Shown: positions 36,909 through 46,694 of the stretch, one piece after another
Numbering within the stretch: the stretch's first letter is position 1
How the letters are laid out: the number at the start of each line of letters is the position of its first letter
Source: Minisyncoccota bacterium
GTDB taxonomy: Bacteria > Patescibacteriota > Minisyncoccia > Phycocordibacterales > JACRKE01
DNA: 64,000 nt
Reading direction: 5' to 3'
NCBI GenBank assembly: GCA_041660505.1
Contig: JBAZWG010000001.1
Span: forward strand, 477,776-541,775
Translations under genes and position numbers: made by a program
Notes under the pieces: model-generated
What the model was told of the DNA's origin: nothing
The model's input: only the letters and a program-made list of their open reading frames with translations
The model's database searches: none

Positions 36909-38903
36909 ATGAACCAACGCCTGCGGAGCAAAGAAATATACATAGCGCTCGGTGTCGCGTTGCTTCTCGCAATATCTTACCTCGCCGGTACATTTGCCGG
37001 ACTCGAGAATTTCTTCGAAGATATTCTTGTCTCACAAAAGCCAGCCAGTGATAAAATAATCATCGTTGCGATAGATGATGCTTCTGTCGCTACAATAGGG
37101 CAGTGGCCGTGGCCGAGGGCAAAGCTTGCGGAACTCGTCACTACTGTCGATAATGCTCGCCCGCTTTCTGTCGGCCTGGATGTTATACCGCGTGAGCCCT
37201 CCCGGCTTGGTGTTGCCGACGATGCGGTTTTGCGCAAGGCTCTTGCTGGCTTAAAGACACATCTCGTACTTCCTGCTGAAGCAAATCCACTGTATCTCAC
37301 GAATCCGCCTCATGGGGATAAGCCGCTCTTACCACTTTCTAAATTTTTCGGGAAAGGTTTAGATCGCGTTGAGCTCGGGCAAGTTAACCTTGTCGCTGAC
37401 AGAGATAATAAAATTCGCCGATTACCGCGGACAATCCAATTCGATGTCGGAGTCCAGTATGAATCCTTTGCTTCGCGTACCGCGACACTTTCAGGACTGA
37501 ATATCCCAATTTTGTCTCGCCCAATAATTGACCGGATTGTGTATGCCGGCCCGAACGGTACAATACAGAATGTTCCCGCAGGGAAAGTATTAAACAAAGA
37601 CGTAGCTACACTTAAGTTGCTTGAGGGTAAAATGGTCTTCATCGGTGCGACCGCTTCAGACCTCCACGACGAGAAACCTACTCCTGCCGATCGTGGCTCG
37701 CAGATGAGCGGGGTAGAAATCCAGGCACAGATTGCGAACATGTTTCTTCAGGGCTACTCGTTGACTGCACTCGCAACATTCCCGATGATTTTCTTGATAT
37801 TTCTAACAGCGCTAATAGGCGCGCTGGTTTTCTTAATCTCAAAAAGTTCAACTAGGGCGCTCGTATACAACATCATTCTCGGCGTTATATATACGGTACT
37901 AATTATTATCGCTTTCGATTCTGGCGTTGCGATTAACTTTATTCATCTGCATCTCGCATGGATTGTCTCGACGGCCGGAATCTTTTGCTATCGATATTTC
38001 ATAGCCGACAAAGAGAAGCGTCAGCTCCGCTCGACATTCTCCAAGTATGTGTCTAAAGATGTGCTCGAAGACTTGCTTGCGAATCCGGAAAAAGTAAAGC
38101 TCGGCGGAGACGAGAAAGATGCGACTATCTTCTTCTCGGACGTGCGCGGCTTCACAACCCTTTCAGAAACAATGACGCCGACCCAGCTCACGCAGTTCTT
38201 GAATAAATACCTAACAGTAATGACCGATATCGTGCTCGAACGGCGCGGAGTCATAGACAAATATATCGGTGATGCCATTATGGGTTTCTGGGGTGCACCC
38301 TTGGACAATCCCGAACACGCGTTCGTTGCTGTTGAGACCGCGCTTGCAATGACCGAGGCGCTCGCGCAATTTAATCTAGAATCAAAAGCGCGCGGCGAGC
38401 TCGAGATTGATATCGGTATAGGATTGAACTCCGGCAAGGTTACGGCCGGCAATATGGGCTCTACCCAGCGCTTCGATTATACGGTGATGGGTGACACGGT
38501 AAATCTTGCATCGCGGCTAGAAGGGCAGACCAAGACGTACGGTATTCACATTCTCATTTCCGAAGCGACATTTAAATCAGCGCAACCGGAGAAACTCGAA
38601 CAGGCTGGAATTCTTGTGCGAGAACTGGATAGAATTAAGGTGAAAGGTAAAAAGCTGCCGGTGACAGTATTCCAAGTTGTTGATCGTGCGCTTGCGCCAA
38701 GTGTACGGAAAGTTTTAGAAGACTTCAACAGAGCTCGTGAGCAATATTACGCCGGCTCTTGGGATGGTTGTATTGAGTCTTGTAAAAAAATCCTCGCAGA
38801 ATATAATGATAAAGCCACGCATTTGTACTTAGACCGCGCAGAATATTTCCTCGAGCATCCGCCGGAGAATTGGGAAGGGGTGTATGAACTTAAGACCAAG
38901 TAA
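36909..38903 (+). CDS. CHASE2 sensor domain-containing class III adenylate/guanylate cyclase
   Basis: Periplasmic CHASE2-like N-terminus, TM helices, and a cyclase domain with FSDVRGFTTLSE and IGDAIMGFWGAP. Confidence 0.85.
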   Translation: MNQRLRSKEIYIALGVALLLAISYLAGTFAGLENFFEDILVSQKPASDKIIIVAIDDASVATIGQWPWPRAKLAELVTTVDNARPLSVGLDVIPREPSRLGVADDAVLRKALAGLKTHLVLPAEANPLYLTNPPHGDKPLLPLSKFFGKGLDRVELGQVNLVADRDNKIRRLPRTIQFDVGVQYESFASRTATLSGLNIPILSRPIIDRIVYAGPNGTIQNVPAGKVLNKDVATLKLLEGKMVFIGATASDLHDEKPTPADRGSQMSGVEIQAQIANMFLQGYSLTALATFPMIFLIFLTALIGALVFLISKSSTRALVYNIILGVIYTVLIIIAFDSGVAINFIHLHLAWIVSTAGIFCYRYFIADKEKRQLRSTFSKYVSKDVLEDLLANPEKVKLGGDEKDATIFFSDVRGFTTLSETMTPTQLTQFLNKYLTVMTDIVLERRGVIDKYIGDAIMGFWGAPLDNPEHAFVAVETALAMTEALAQFNLESKARGELEIDIGIGLNSGKVTAGNMGSTQRFDYTVMGDTVNLASRLEGQTKTYGIHILISEATFKSAQPEKLEQAGILVRELDRIKVKGKKLPVTVFQVVDRALAPSVRKVLEDFNRAREQYYAGSWDGCIESCKKILAEYNDKATHLYLDRAEYFLEHPPENWEGVYELKTK

Positions 38904-38943
38904 AAAACAAAACATCGCCCATGTTCTCGTTACCATATAACTC

Positions 38944-39618
38944 ATGGAGGTTAAGATAGAAAAGAGCTGGAAGTCTGCTTTGCAAGATGAATTTGGGAAA
39001 GAGTATTTCAAAACTCTTACTGGTTTTGTGCGGGCGGAATATAAAAACGGCAAAGTCTATCCACCCGCAAAGTTTATCTTTCGTGCTTTTGAGCTTACGC
39101 CTTTTGATAAAGTAAGAGTGGTGATACTCGGGCAGGATCCGTACCACGGCCCCGGTCAAGCGCACGGGCTTTCGTTCTCGGTGCCAGAAGGTATCGGCGC
39201 GCCGCCGTCATTACAAAACATATATAAAGAGCTTGAAGCCGACCTCGGTAAGACGCTTGGACGCTCTTCTTCCAAGTCGGGTAATCTGGAACATTGGGCA
39301 GGGCAGGGAGTTTTACTATTAAACGCAACACTCACCGTGCGGGCGCATCAGGCTGGCAGTCATCAGCATAAGGGCTGGGAGGAATTTACCGACGCGGTTA
39401 TGCGGACACTGTCACAAAAGCGCGAGCACCTCGTCTTTATATTATGGGGCAGATATGCAAGGGAAAAGGGAAGCGTCGTAGATGTTGCCAAACATCTGGT
39501 TATCGAGTCGGCACACCCATCGCCCTTCGCCGCGTACGCGGGATTCTTCGGCTCCAAGCCATTCAGTAAAACAAACGCCTATTTAGTAAGGCATGGACAA
39601 CCGCCCATTGAGTGGTAA
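38944..39618 (+). CDS. ung: Uracil-DNA glycosylase (family 1)
   Basis: VVILGQDPYHGPGQAHGLSFSV and LLLNATLTVRAHQAGSH motifs. Confidence 0.9.
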   Translation: MEVKIEKSWKSALQDEFGKEYFKTLTGFVRAEYKNGKVYPPAKFIFRAFELTPFDKVRVVILGQDPYHGPGQAHGLSFSVPEGIGAPPSLQNIYKELEADLGKTLGRSSSKSGNLEHWAGQGVLLLNATLTVRAHQAGSHQHKGWEEFTDAVMRTLSQKREHLVFILWGRYAREKGSVVDVAKHLVIESAHPSPFAAYAGFFGSKPFSKTNAYLVRHGQPPIEW

Positions 39619-39627
39619 GATACTTAT

Positions 39628-39912
39628 ATGACATCTCTTGCACGATCAGACATATTCTTTATTATCACCGGTGTCGCTGTGGTAGCGCTATCACTGATTT
39701 TTCTGGTAATTCTGATTTACGTCGCATATATCATGAAAGAGCTTCATCATATTATGCGCGTTGTTCACCGCGAGAGCGAGCTTATTTCTGAAGATATTGC
39801 CGAACTACGCACCAAAGTCGCAACCCAAGGATTCAAGTGGTCGTCTATATTTATATTTCTACGCAAACTCTGGAGATTCAAGTCTTCGAAAAAGAAACGG
39901 GACGATTTCTAA
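39628..39912 (+). CDS. Hypothetical small membrane protein
   Basis: One TM helix (IFFIITGVAVVALSLIFLVILIYVAYI). Confidence 0.35.
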   Translation: MTSLARSDIFFIITGVAVVALSLIFLVILIYVAYIMKELHHIMRVVHRESELISEDIAELRTKVATQGFKWSSIFIFLRKLWRFKSSKKKRDDF

Positions 39913-39949
39913 AAACTAAGAACTATCAACTAAAAACTAACTAAAAAGT

Positions 39950-40300
39950 ATGGCAAATACAAAAAGTAAAGTAGAAACCGGGGCGGTAGTGGCGACAGCG
40001 ATTCTTGCCGCGGTGGCAGGGTCGTACTATCTCTACAGCAAGTTTGACAAGACGCAAAAGCGTAAAGTAAAGAGCTGGGCGCTTCGTCTTAAGGCTGATG
40101 TGTTGGATGAGCTCGAAAATCTACAGGAGATAAGCAAAGATGCGTACGAGCAGGTTGTCGATGTTGCCAGCGCAAAATACGCGAAGCTCAAGAATGTCGA
40201 TACCGATGAACTGCACTTGCTTGCCAAAGATATGAAAAAACATTGGAGTGCCATACAAAAAACCGTTGCGTCACGGACCAAAAAAGCCTTCAAGAAATAG
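39950..40300 (+). CDS. Hypothetical membrane-anchored helical protein
   Basis: N-terminal TM helix and a Lys-rich helical remainder. Confidence 0.35.
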   Translation: MANTKSKVETGAVVATAILAAVAGSYYLYSKFDKTQKRKVKSWALRLKADVLDELENLQEISKDAYEQVVDVASAKYAKLKNVDTDELHLLAKDMKKHWSAIQKTVASRTKKAFKK

Positions 40301-40363
40301 CCGAGACCCAAGTTGAACAATAACCCTGTTTGCAAAAGTGTCAAAAACGGCTAGAATGGGGGA

Positions 40364-41350
40364 ATGGAAAATAAAGCGGAAAAGAAACAAGTTCTAGTCA
40401 CCGGCTTGCGCCCATCGGCCAATTTGCATATTGGCAACTACCTTGGCGCTGTTAAGCCAATGATTGAAGCTATTGCGGCCAATCCAGGAGCCGAGGTTTT
40501 TATGTTTGTAGCCGATATCCACGGCCTGACCGATAGCTCGCCCGACACCATCAAACAATATCGCCACGAAGTGGTGAAGGATTATCTTGCCCTTGGTTTG
40601 AACCCCAAGCGCGTATCTCTATATATACAGTCTGCAATTGCCGGCGAACTTTCTTATCTTACGCTTTTGCTTGCACGATACACAACATTCAATGACCTGA
40701 TGCGCGTGCCAACGCTTAAAGATAAATTGAAAGTCAATCAAGAGGCGGGGCAGGCGAATGCTTTACTCGGATTTTATCCGATTCTGATGGCGGCCGACGT
40801 GCTCATACACAAAGGGACACTCGTGCCGATTGGAGAGGACCAGATTTCTCACCTCGAGAAGATGCGCGAGTTCGGCGAGAAGTTTAATAACGAGTTCGGC
40901 AAGATATTTCCCATGCCGCAGCCGCACAGTATGAAGTTGTTGCGCATAATGGCATTGAAGGGTGACGGCAAGATGAGCAAGTCGCATCCCGAGGGCGCAC
41001 TCTTCCTGACCGATAGTGCCGAAGAGATCAAGAAAAAGATTTCGCGCGCCGAGACGGCGACGGAGGGCGTAATGACCCCGAGCTTCGAGAGTTTGCTCAC
41101 GGTGGCATGCGAATTCGGTGTCGAGACAGAGCAATTCGTTGCCGATCATTTGGCAGGTAAGCAGATTATGGGCGACTTTAAGAAAGCTTTGAGCGATGCG
41201 CTCGTCGAGTTTGTTACAGAATTCCAGACCAAGCGGGCGCGCATAACAAATGAACAAGTTGCACATATTGTCGAAGAAGGTGCGAAGGCCGCAAGGGCGA
41301 GCGCCGAGCGCACAATGCAAGAAGTATTACAAGTAATGAAATTTAATTAA
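40364..41350 (+). CDS. trpS: Tryptophan--tRNA ligase
   Basis: HIGH-region motif (PSANLHIGNYLGA) and KMSKS. Confidence 0.9.
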   Translation: MENKAEKKQVLVTGLRPSANLHIGNYLGAVKPMIEAIAANPGAEVFMFVADIHGLTDSSPDTIKQYRHEVVKDYLALGLNPKRVSLYIQSAIAGELSYLTLLLARYTTFNDLMRVPTLKDKLKVNQEAGQANALLGFYPILMAADVLIHKGTLVPIGEDQISHLEKMREFGEKFNNEFGKIFPMPQPHSMKLLRIMALKGDGKMSKSHPEGALFLTDSAEEIKKKISRAETATEGVMTPSFESLLTVACEFGVETEQFVADHLAGKQIMGDFKKALSDALVEFVTEFQTKRARITNEQVAHIVEEGAKAARASAERTMQEVLQVMKFN

Positions 41351-41357
41351 TTATTTT

Positions 41358-42059
41358 ATGGAAGATAAGAACTATACGCTGTGGGGCGGAGTCACTCTGG
41401 GTGTTGTCGTAATCGTTCTCGGTATTATGTGGTTCGTCGGGAATACGCCGGCGCCCAAGCCGGGTGGGAATATTGTCGCACCACCGGTGACAGAAGCCGA
41501 CTGGCAAGAGGGCGCCAGCACCTTACCCCTTACGCTCGTAGAATATAGTGACTTCCAATGTCCGGCTTGCGGAGCTTATTATCCGGTCGTTCAGAAGTTG
41601 AAGGCAGAGTACGCCACATCCACTCGCTTCGTTTATCGCCACTTTCCGTTGCCGCAACACTTGGATGCTAAGTACGGTGCTTACGCGGCCGAGGCGGCTG
41701 GTAAGCAAGGCAAATTCTTCGAGATGCATGATATGCTCTTCGAGAAGCAAACAGAATGGGGAATAGATACGAAGGTTTTGCTCGGCGACCCAGAAGAATT
41801 AACTCCAGCAATGGAAGCGGTCCTCATGCCGAAACTACTTTCATACGCGCAAAAGCTAGGACTGGACATTGATAAATTCAAAGCAGATATAGTCTCGAAA
41901 GAAATCAAAGACAAGATCGATACCGCAATCGCCGACGGCCGTACGCTCGACATTCCGGCGACTCCGACCTTCTTCCTGAACGGCAAACAACTAGAGCCTA
42001 ACCCGAATGGTTTTGACGAGTTTAAAAAATTAATCGATGCCGCTCTCCCGAAATCATAA
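41358..42059 (+). CDS. DsbA-like thiol:disulfide oxidoreductase (thioredoxin fold)
   Basis: CPACGAY active site and an N-terminal TM anchor. Confidence 0.8.
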   Translation: MEDKNYTLWGGVTLGVVVIVLGIMWFVGNTPAPKPGGNIVAPPVTEADWQEGASTLPLTLVEYSDFQCPACGAYYPVVQKLKAEYATSTRFVYRHFPLPQHLDAKYGAYAAEAAGKQGKFFEMHDMLFEKQTEWGIDTKVLLGDPEELTPAMEAVLMPKLLSYAQKLGLDIDKFKADIVSKEIKDKIDTAIADGRTLDIPATPTFFLNGKQLEPNPNGFDEFKKLIDAALPKS

Positions 42060-42498
42060 ACTTATTATTGGACTCCTCTTGGGTCTGGCGATTGCCGGCT
42101 TCGTTGACGCAACCTATTTGACTATCGAGCATTACATGGGCGTGATACCGCCGTGCGTGCTGACGACCGGATGTGACACGGTGACGACCAGTTCCTACTC
42201 CACACTCTTCGGCATCTACGTCGCGCTCTATGGTGCGTTCTACTATCTGGCGCTCATGGTGTTTTGTATCCATATAATGAGCACAAGCAGACACCACCTC
42301 TTCAGGCATGTTGCCCAGCTGTCGTGGATCGGCCTCGCCGCGGCAATCTACTTCACCTCGCTCCAAGTGTTCGTCATCCGCGCCTACTGCATCTACTGTC
42401 TAACTTCGGCAACTATCTCGACTGCGCTATTCATCTTCGCCCACTACATGTGGCGCGAACATAATAGACACATAAAAAGTTTTTCATCTAATGCCTAA
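42037..42498 (+). CDS. Vitamin K epoxide reductase (VKOR) family protein (DsbB analog)
   Basis: TM protein with the CVLTTGCD CxxC motif (IPPCVLTTGCDTV), paired with the upstream DsbA-like gene. Confidence 0.8.
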   Translation: MPLSRNHKLIIGLLLGLAIAGFVDATYLTIEHYMGVIPPCVLTTGCDTVTTSSYSTLFGIYVALYGAFYYLALMVFCIHIMSTSRHHLFRHVAQLSWIGLAAAIYFTSLQVFVIRAYCIYCLTSATISTALFIFAHYMWREHNRHIKSFSSNA

Positions 42499-43186
42499 AA
42501 AATACATCGTCACTATCGACGGGGCGGCGGGGACGGGGAAGAGCACCTCGGCCGGGATGCTGGCTGAACGATTGGGTTGGCTCTATGTGAACTCCGGATA
42601 TATTTATCGCGCCGCGACCCTGCTCGGCTTGCGGGCGAAGCTTTTCGATAGGGAGGATTTAAAAGACCACGAGATAGAATCGGAACTGGTAAAACTTATG
42701 CGTGATACGCAGTTCGATTTCAAAAGAGCCGACGGCGGTGCGGCGCATATGTATTTGAACGACGAGGATGTTACGCCGCTCCTGAAATCTCATGAAGTGG
42801 AGATACGAGTCTCGCCGGTCGCGCAATACATGAAGGTGCGCGAGGAGGCGGTGATAATCCAGCGCCGTGAAGCCGAGAAGAATTCATTGGTCGTCGAAGG
42901 GCGTGATACGGGGACAGTAGTGTTCCCAGACGCCGATGTTAAATTTTACCTGACCGCCTCGCTTGATGTGCAAGCAGACAGGCAGATGAAGGAGCGTAAT
43001 GCGCGCGGAGAGCCGCAACTTACCATGGATGAGCTCAAGCGCCAGATTGCGGTCCGCGACGCACGGGACTTAGAGCGTCACTTGCGCAAGCCCGAAGGCG
43101 CCATTGAAGTTAATACCGATAAAATAAACGCCGAAGAGGTTGTCAATTTATTAGAGCGCCAAGTTCGAGCATCACTAAATTTATGA
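42491..43186 (+). CDS. cmk: Cytidylate kinase
   Basis: IVTIDGAAGTGKSTSAGMLAERLGWLYVNSGYIYR. It ends with a TGA stop that overlaps the next start (ATGA). Confidence 0.85.
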   Translation: MPKKYIVTIDGAAGTGKSTSAGMLAERLGWLYVNSGYIYRAATLLGLRAKLFDREDLKDHEIESELVKLMRDTQFDFKRADGGAAHMYLNDEDVTPLLKSHEVEIRVSPVAQYMKVREEAVIIQRREAEKNSLVVEGRDTGTVVFPDADVKFYLTASLDVQADRQMKERNARGEPQLTMDELKRQIAVRDARDLERHLRKPEGAIEVNTDKINAEEVVNLLERQVRASLNL

Positions 43187-43917
43187 AAAAATTATTAGGT
43201 CTCATTATTCTTATTATTTTTGCCGCGCTTATTTGGTTTGGCAAGCAATCTTCGCAGCCGGATTATACTGTCGTTACGAGTAAGATAGGCGAAGAGAATG
43301 TCGCAGAGAAATATTCGCTAGATCTAGAGTACCCCTCGTTTCTTTCGGACAGCCAGAAATTTCAATTTATAAACGCCGACATCCACGAACTCATTGCGAC
43401 GACCAGTTTACAATTTCACGAGAATGCTAAAGACTACGCGCAATACATCAAAGATAATAATCTCGAAGCGGAAGGATTAACTCAAGGGAGCTCTCTTGTT
43501 ATTGGGTATGAGGTGGCTACCGGTACGACAGGAGTGTTACCGGTGAAGATAGTAATAGAAGAGTACAATGCCGGTGCGGCGCATCCGAACCATATCACGG
43601 TGACGCGTAATTATGACATATCAATGCAGAAGATCTTGAGTCTTGCGGATTTGTTCGCACAGAACGTGGACTATCTGGCCGTGATTGCGAAATATAGCAA
43701 GAGAGCCCTAGAGAAAAAATTCGAAGCGGACCAAGTACCGACAGATCCAGAATGGCTTGCAACTGGGACGGAGCCGAAGGCAGAGAACTATGAAGCCTGG
43801 CTCGCAGAAGCAGATGGCCTACACATAATCTTCAACGAATATCAGGTGGTCGCGTATGCCTACGGCGTACCAGAAATAGTTATCCCATGGAACGAACTTC
43901 AGAAGATCAAAAAATAA
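43183..43917 (+). CDS. Hypothetical secreted/membrane-anchored protein (DUF3298/DUF4163-like)
   Basis: N-terminal TM segment ([16 protein letters not shown]); composition resembles DUF3298/DUF4163 domains. Confidence 0.4.
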   Translation: MKKLLGLIILIIFAALIWFGKQSSQPDYTVVTSKIGEENVAEKYSLDLEYPSFLSDSQKFQFINADIHELIATTSLQFHENAKDYAQYIKDNNLEAEGLTQGSSLVIGYEVATGTTGVLPVKIVIEEYNAGAAHPNHITVTRNYDISMQKILSLADLFAQNVDYLAVIAKYSKRALEKKFEADQVPTDPEWLATGTEPKAENYEAWLAEADGLHIIFNEYQVVAYAYGVPEIVIPWNELQKIKK

Positions 43918-44939
43918 AGCAAGAGAAGACTTTTGTTTCGCGCGGTGGGCTCAAGCTTGAACATGCGCTCAATGAATTTAAGGTAGATGTGGCTGGCCTC
44001 ACTGTTCTTGATGTCGGCTCGTCAACAGGAGGCTTCGTCGACTGCTTACTCCAACGCGGTGCGGCCAAGGTCTTTGCTGTCGATACCGCCTATGGCGAGT
44101 TCGCATGGACTCTGCGCAACGACCCGCGCGTGGTCGTGATGGAGCGGACGAATATTTTACATCTTAAAGAGCTTTCAAGTTCCACCAACCTCACCCCTGC
44201 ACCCCTCTCCGAAGGAGAGGGGGAATTTGGATACCAAAAAACGGACCCGAAAACATGGCATTTATTACAAGAAGCCACATTGGAAATGCGAAAGAATCCC
44301 ACTCAAGCGGAAAAAATTTTGTGGGAAGCATTAAGAGACCTTGCCCCCTCTCCCTCTGGGATGGCGGGGATAAGGTTTCGAAGGCAACATATCATCGGCC
44401 GATTTATTTCAGATTTCGTATGTTTACCAAAGAGACTCGTAGTTGAAGTAGACGGAGATATTCACGATTATCAAAAAGCCGCTGATGAAATTCGCACAGA
44501 ATATCTTACGAATCTTGGCTATACTGTTATCAGATTTAACAATGATAGAGTCTTAAATGATCTACAAAATGTAATCAGAGAAATTGAATCTCGTATTCAT
44601 CCCCCCTCTCCTTCGGAGAGGGGGACGGGGGGTGAGGTTGTCGACTTCATCACAATAGACGCGAGCTGGACCAAGCTTACGCTAATCTTACCGGTAGTGC
44701 AGAAGTTTTTGAAACCCAGTGGGAGAGTCATTGCGCTACTCAAGCCACATTATGAAGCTTCGCAATCGATCTTGCGTAAGGGCGTCTTGAAGGACGATAA
44801 AGTGGCAGAGATTGTGACGAAAGTGTCCGCCACTATCGAAGCTCAGGGCTGGAAAATAAACGGCCAAACAGAGTCACCGATACTCGGCGGAGGAGGTAAT
44901 AGAGAGTTCTTGATACTACTTACTCTTAAACAGCCATAG
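43887..44939 (+). CDS. tlyA: TlyA-family rRNA (cytidine-2'-O)-methyltransferase (FtsJ fold, no S4 domain) carrying an in-frame DUF559 (Vsr-like endonuclease) domain insertion
   Basis: FtsJ motifs [12 protein letters not shown] and [27 protein letters not shown] are at the N-terminus, and the methyltransferase C-terminal part follows the insert. The inserted DUF559 block is KILWEALR ... [34 protein letters not shown] ... [13 protein letters not shown]. Confidence 0.75.
   Translation: MERTSEDQKIKQEKTFVSRGGLKLEHALNEFKVDVAGLTVLDVGSSTGGFVDCLLQRGAAKVFAVDTAYGEFAWTLRNDPRVVVMERTNILHLKELSSSTNLTPAPLSEGEGEFGYQKTDPKTWHLLQEATLEMRKNPTQAEKILWEALRDLAPSPSGMAGIRFRRQHIIGRFISDFVCLPKRLVVEVDGDIHDYQKAADEIRTEYLTNLGYTVIRFNNDRVLNDLQNVIREIESRIHPPSPSERGTGGEVVDFITIDASWTKLTLILPVVQKFLKPSGRVIALLKPHYEASQSILRKGVLKDDKVAEIVTKVSATIEAQGWKINGQTESPILGGGGNREFLILLTLKQP
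44202..44223. repeat. Family C GC hairpin (CCCCTCTCC-GAAG-GGAGAGGGG) at the 5' boundary of the DUF559 insertion in tlyA
   Basis: Perfect 9-bp stem with a GAAG tetraloop; translated as PLSEGEGE. Confidence 0.8.
44602..44624. repeat. Family C GC hairpin (CCCCCTCTC-CTTCG-GAGAGGGGG) at the 3' boundary of the DUF559 insertion in tlyA
   Basis: 9-bp stem with a TTCG-type loop; translated as [10 protein letters not shown]. Confidence 0.8.
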
Positions 44940-44949
44940 AATAAAGAGT

Positions 44950-45351
44950 GTGAAAATTCCCGCAGACATTGCTAAAAAGTTTCTCGAGTGGATCAAAGTA
45001 AAGATTTTCACTGAAATTTCTGGTCGCCACTTGATTTTCAGTGAAGGTGAGATCTGGTGGACAAGTATCGGGCACAATATTGGTATGGAATCAAACGGTA
45101 AGAATGAAAACTTTGAACGCCCGGTGCTGATACTTCGTAAATTCGGCAAAGACTCATTCTGGGGAATTTCTGTTTCGAGTAATATTAGAATAGACCATTT
45201 CTACTATAGATTTAAGTTAAAAGGAGAAGAGTATTGTCTTAATCTCTCTCAACTTCGGCTATTAAGCTCAAAAAGATTACTGAGGCGCGTCGGTTATTTT
45301 AACGCGGAAGATTTTACTAAGGTCAGATCTCTCATTAAAGATTTGGTATAA
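44950..45351 (+). CDS. MazF/PemK-like toxin fold protein (solo, no adjacent antitoxin)
   Basis: EGEIWWTSIGHNIGMESNGKNENFERPVLIL resembles the MazF motif GD(I/V)(V/W)W..GxEQxGxRPxLVL. Confidence 0.4.
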   Translation: MKIPADIAKKFLEWIKVKIFTEISGRHLIFSEGEIWWTSIGHNIGMESNGKNENFERPVLILRKFGKDSFWGISVSSNIRIDHFYYRFKLKGEEYCLNLSQLRLLSSKRLLRRVGYFNAEDFTKVRSLIKDLV

Positions 45352-45356
45352 AAAAC

Positions 45357-45378
45357 GGAACCCCCTTGCGGGGGTTCC
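45357..45378. terminator. GC hairpin (ggaaccccc-ttgc-gggggttcc) with a flanking A/T run; its orientation favours minus-strand termination
   Basis: aaaaaacggaacccccttgcgggggttcc. Confidence 0.45.
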
Positions 45379-45440
45379 TCGGGTCTCCATGGCTGGAGCA
45401 TAATGAGGATAGTATACCCCGCCACCCCAGCTTTTCCTAC

Positions 45441-45470
45441 TTGACAGATAGCCGTAAAGTATGCTAAATT
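45441..45470 (+). promoter_or_regulatory. Putative promoter upstream of the DGR target gene (TTGACA, 18-nt spacer, TAAATT), followed by a 240-nt leader with a 9-codon uORF (45677-45706)
   Basis: ttgacagatagccgtaaagtatgctaaatt; the uORF MAKKSESKV is preceded by an aaaggag RBS. Confidence 0.35.
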
Positions 45471-45712
45471 ATATGGCAGTTTTGACAACTAAATACTTGC
45501 GAACATAAAGCTGGTTTCAGCCCCTAGAATATAGCCACTTGGACATTCCGTGTCCAAGTGAAGTGAAGGCTGTATTTTGAGGGCTGAATACCAGCATACT
45601 GGCAAACCTGAATCGCTGGCATACTGCTAGCGCGTGAGGTGAGCCATCCCGCCGAGGCGGGAGAAAGGAGCCAGAAATGGCTAAGAAATCAGAGTCCAAG
45701 GTCTGAGCGATC

Positions 45713-46342
45713 GTGTCGGCGATGGGGGTTCTCCTCACCGTACTCACCGCCATCGTCACCGGCCTCCGCAGGAGGAAAGTGACGGAGGCCATGGTCTACG
45801 AGCTCGGGACGCCGGAAGGTGTGCCAACGCTCGAGAGGATCATGGATGCCGTCGCGGGGATTTTGGTCCCCATGACAGAGGCAGCCAAAGTGGCCGTCGA
45901 AACCGTCCGCGACTTCATTTCCCTCCGGGCCACGGTCGAATGCGATTTCGACAAAGGCCTTAAGGCGGTCGTTGAACTGGTCAAGAAGGCATTGGGGCTG
46001 ACCTACGTCAACCCCGACGTCTTCAAAATCGAGTGGTCATGGAAGGGGTTGCAAAACCTCGACATGGCCCTGTTCCATTTCAACAGGAACATGTCGACCG
46101 ACGCCGCGGAGAAGGAGATGGACGATGCGGGCTATCGGCCCGCAAACATTGCGGAGTTGCTTTTCTTCGCACTGTTCCACCCCGAGCTCTTCTTGAGCTA
46201 TCCGCTGGTTGCTCTAGGCTCGCAGTTCGGCGACTACTCGCCGTGCCTGTACGGTTGGTGCGGCGGCCACCGCAGCCTGAGCCTCCACCTTCGGGGCGGC
46301 GCTTGGTACGGCTTCTCTCGGTCCCTCGGTGTCCGCAAGTAA
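45713..46342 (+). CDS. DGR target (variable) protein, GC-rich, with an N-terminal hydrophobic anchor and the variable region in the last 41 codons (CLec/FGE-like C-terminus ending GFSRSLGVRK)
   Basis: The C-terminal 124 nt (VR, 46216-46339) match TR at 46695-46818 with 24 of 25 differences at TR adenines. GC content is clearly higher than in neighbouring genes. The ORF track starts at GTG 45713; an ATG is at 45722. Confidence 0.8.
   Translation: MSAMGVLLTVLTAIVTGLRRRKVTEAMVYELGTPEGVPTLERIMDAVAGILVPMTEAAKVAVETVRDFISLRATVECDFDKGLKAVVELVKKALGLTYVNPDVFKIEWSWKGLQNLDMALFHFNRNMSTDAAEKEMDDAGYRPANIAELLFFALFHPELFLSYPLVALGSQFGDYSPCLYGWCGGHRSLSLHLRGGAWYGFSRSLGVRK
46216..46339 (+). repeat. DGR variable repeat (VR)
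   Basis: Compared with TR: 25 mismatches, 24 at positions where TR has A (VR has G, T or C), and one T-to-C. Confidence 0.85.
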
Positions 46343-46406
46343 CTTCGAAAACTGGTCACCGGAGACCCTGGGCATTTCCTTGCCCTTGGTCTCCTTGACC
46401 CCTGGA

Positions 46407-46433
46407 CCCCGCGTTCTATCACAGAACGCGGGG
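46407..46433 (+). other. GC-rich hairpin downstream of VR (ccccgcgttct-atcac-agaacgcgggg), consistent with the DGR stem-loop that follows the IMH region
   Basis: 11-bp perfect stem located 68 nt after the VR end. Confidence 0.6.
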
Positions 46434-46694
46434 TTTGCATTTATAAACCACTTTGATATGCTCAACCTCGGATAGTAGGCGAATCTGCTCGCGGTTACGA
46501 CTTCGAGCGGCCGAACTCTGAAAATTAGATTGCCGGAGTTGTGTCGGTTGCGGCTTGCACAAGTGTGCGCTCTAATCTTTCTAAAAACTGAAGATACTTG
46601 GTGCGGTGTGCTACGGGATTATAGATCTCGAAGACGTTACAACCCCGAGAGTACTCGAGGGGCCGTGATCGGACGGCATATCGCGCAACGTGGC

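Noticed and set aside
44195-44630. Intein in tlyA
   Set aside because: The insert lacks an N-terminal Cys/Ser/Thr and a C-terminal HN+Cys/Ser/Thr junction, and the flanks are palindromic DNA hairpins. This is a domain insertion, not a protein-splicing element.
45386-45712. A minus-strand small-RNA gene ending at the 45357-45378 hairpin
   Set aside because: No convincing minus-strand promoter or conserved structure could be identified by eye. The hairpin may simply be a bidirectional terminator for the upstream plus-strand gene.
45677-45722. An alternative genetic code (UGA read as Gly, code 25) that would fuse the 9-codon uORF in-frame to the DGR target gene
   Set aside because: Conserved genes are full-length under code 11, and TGA terminates a conserved gene (cmk, 43184-43186) at its normal length. 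The standard code is therefore retained.
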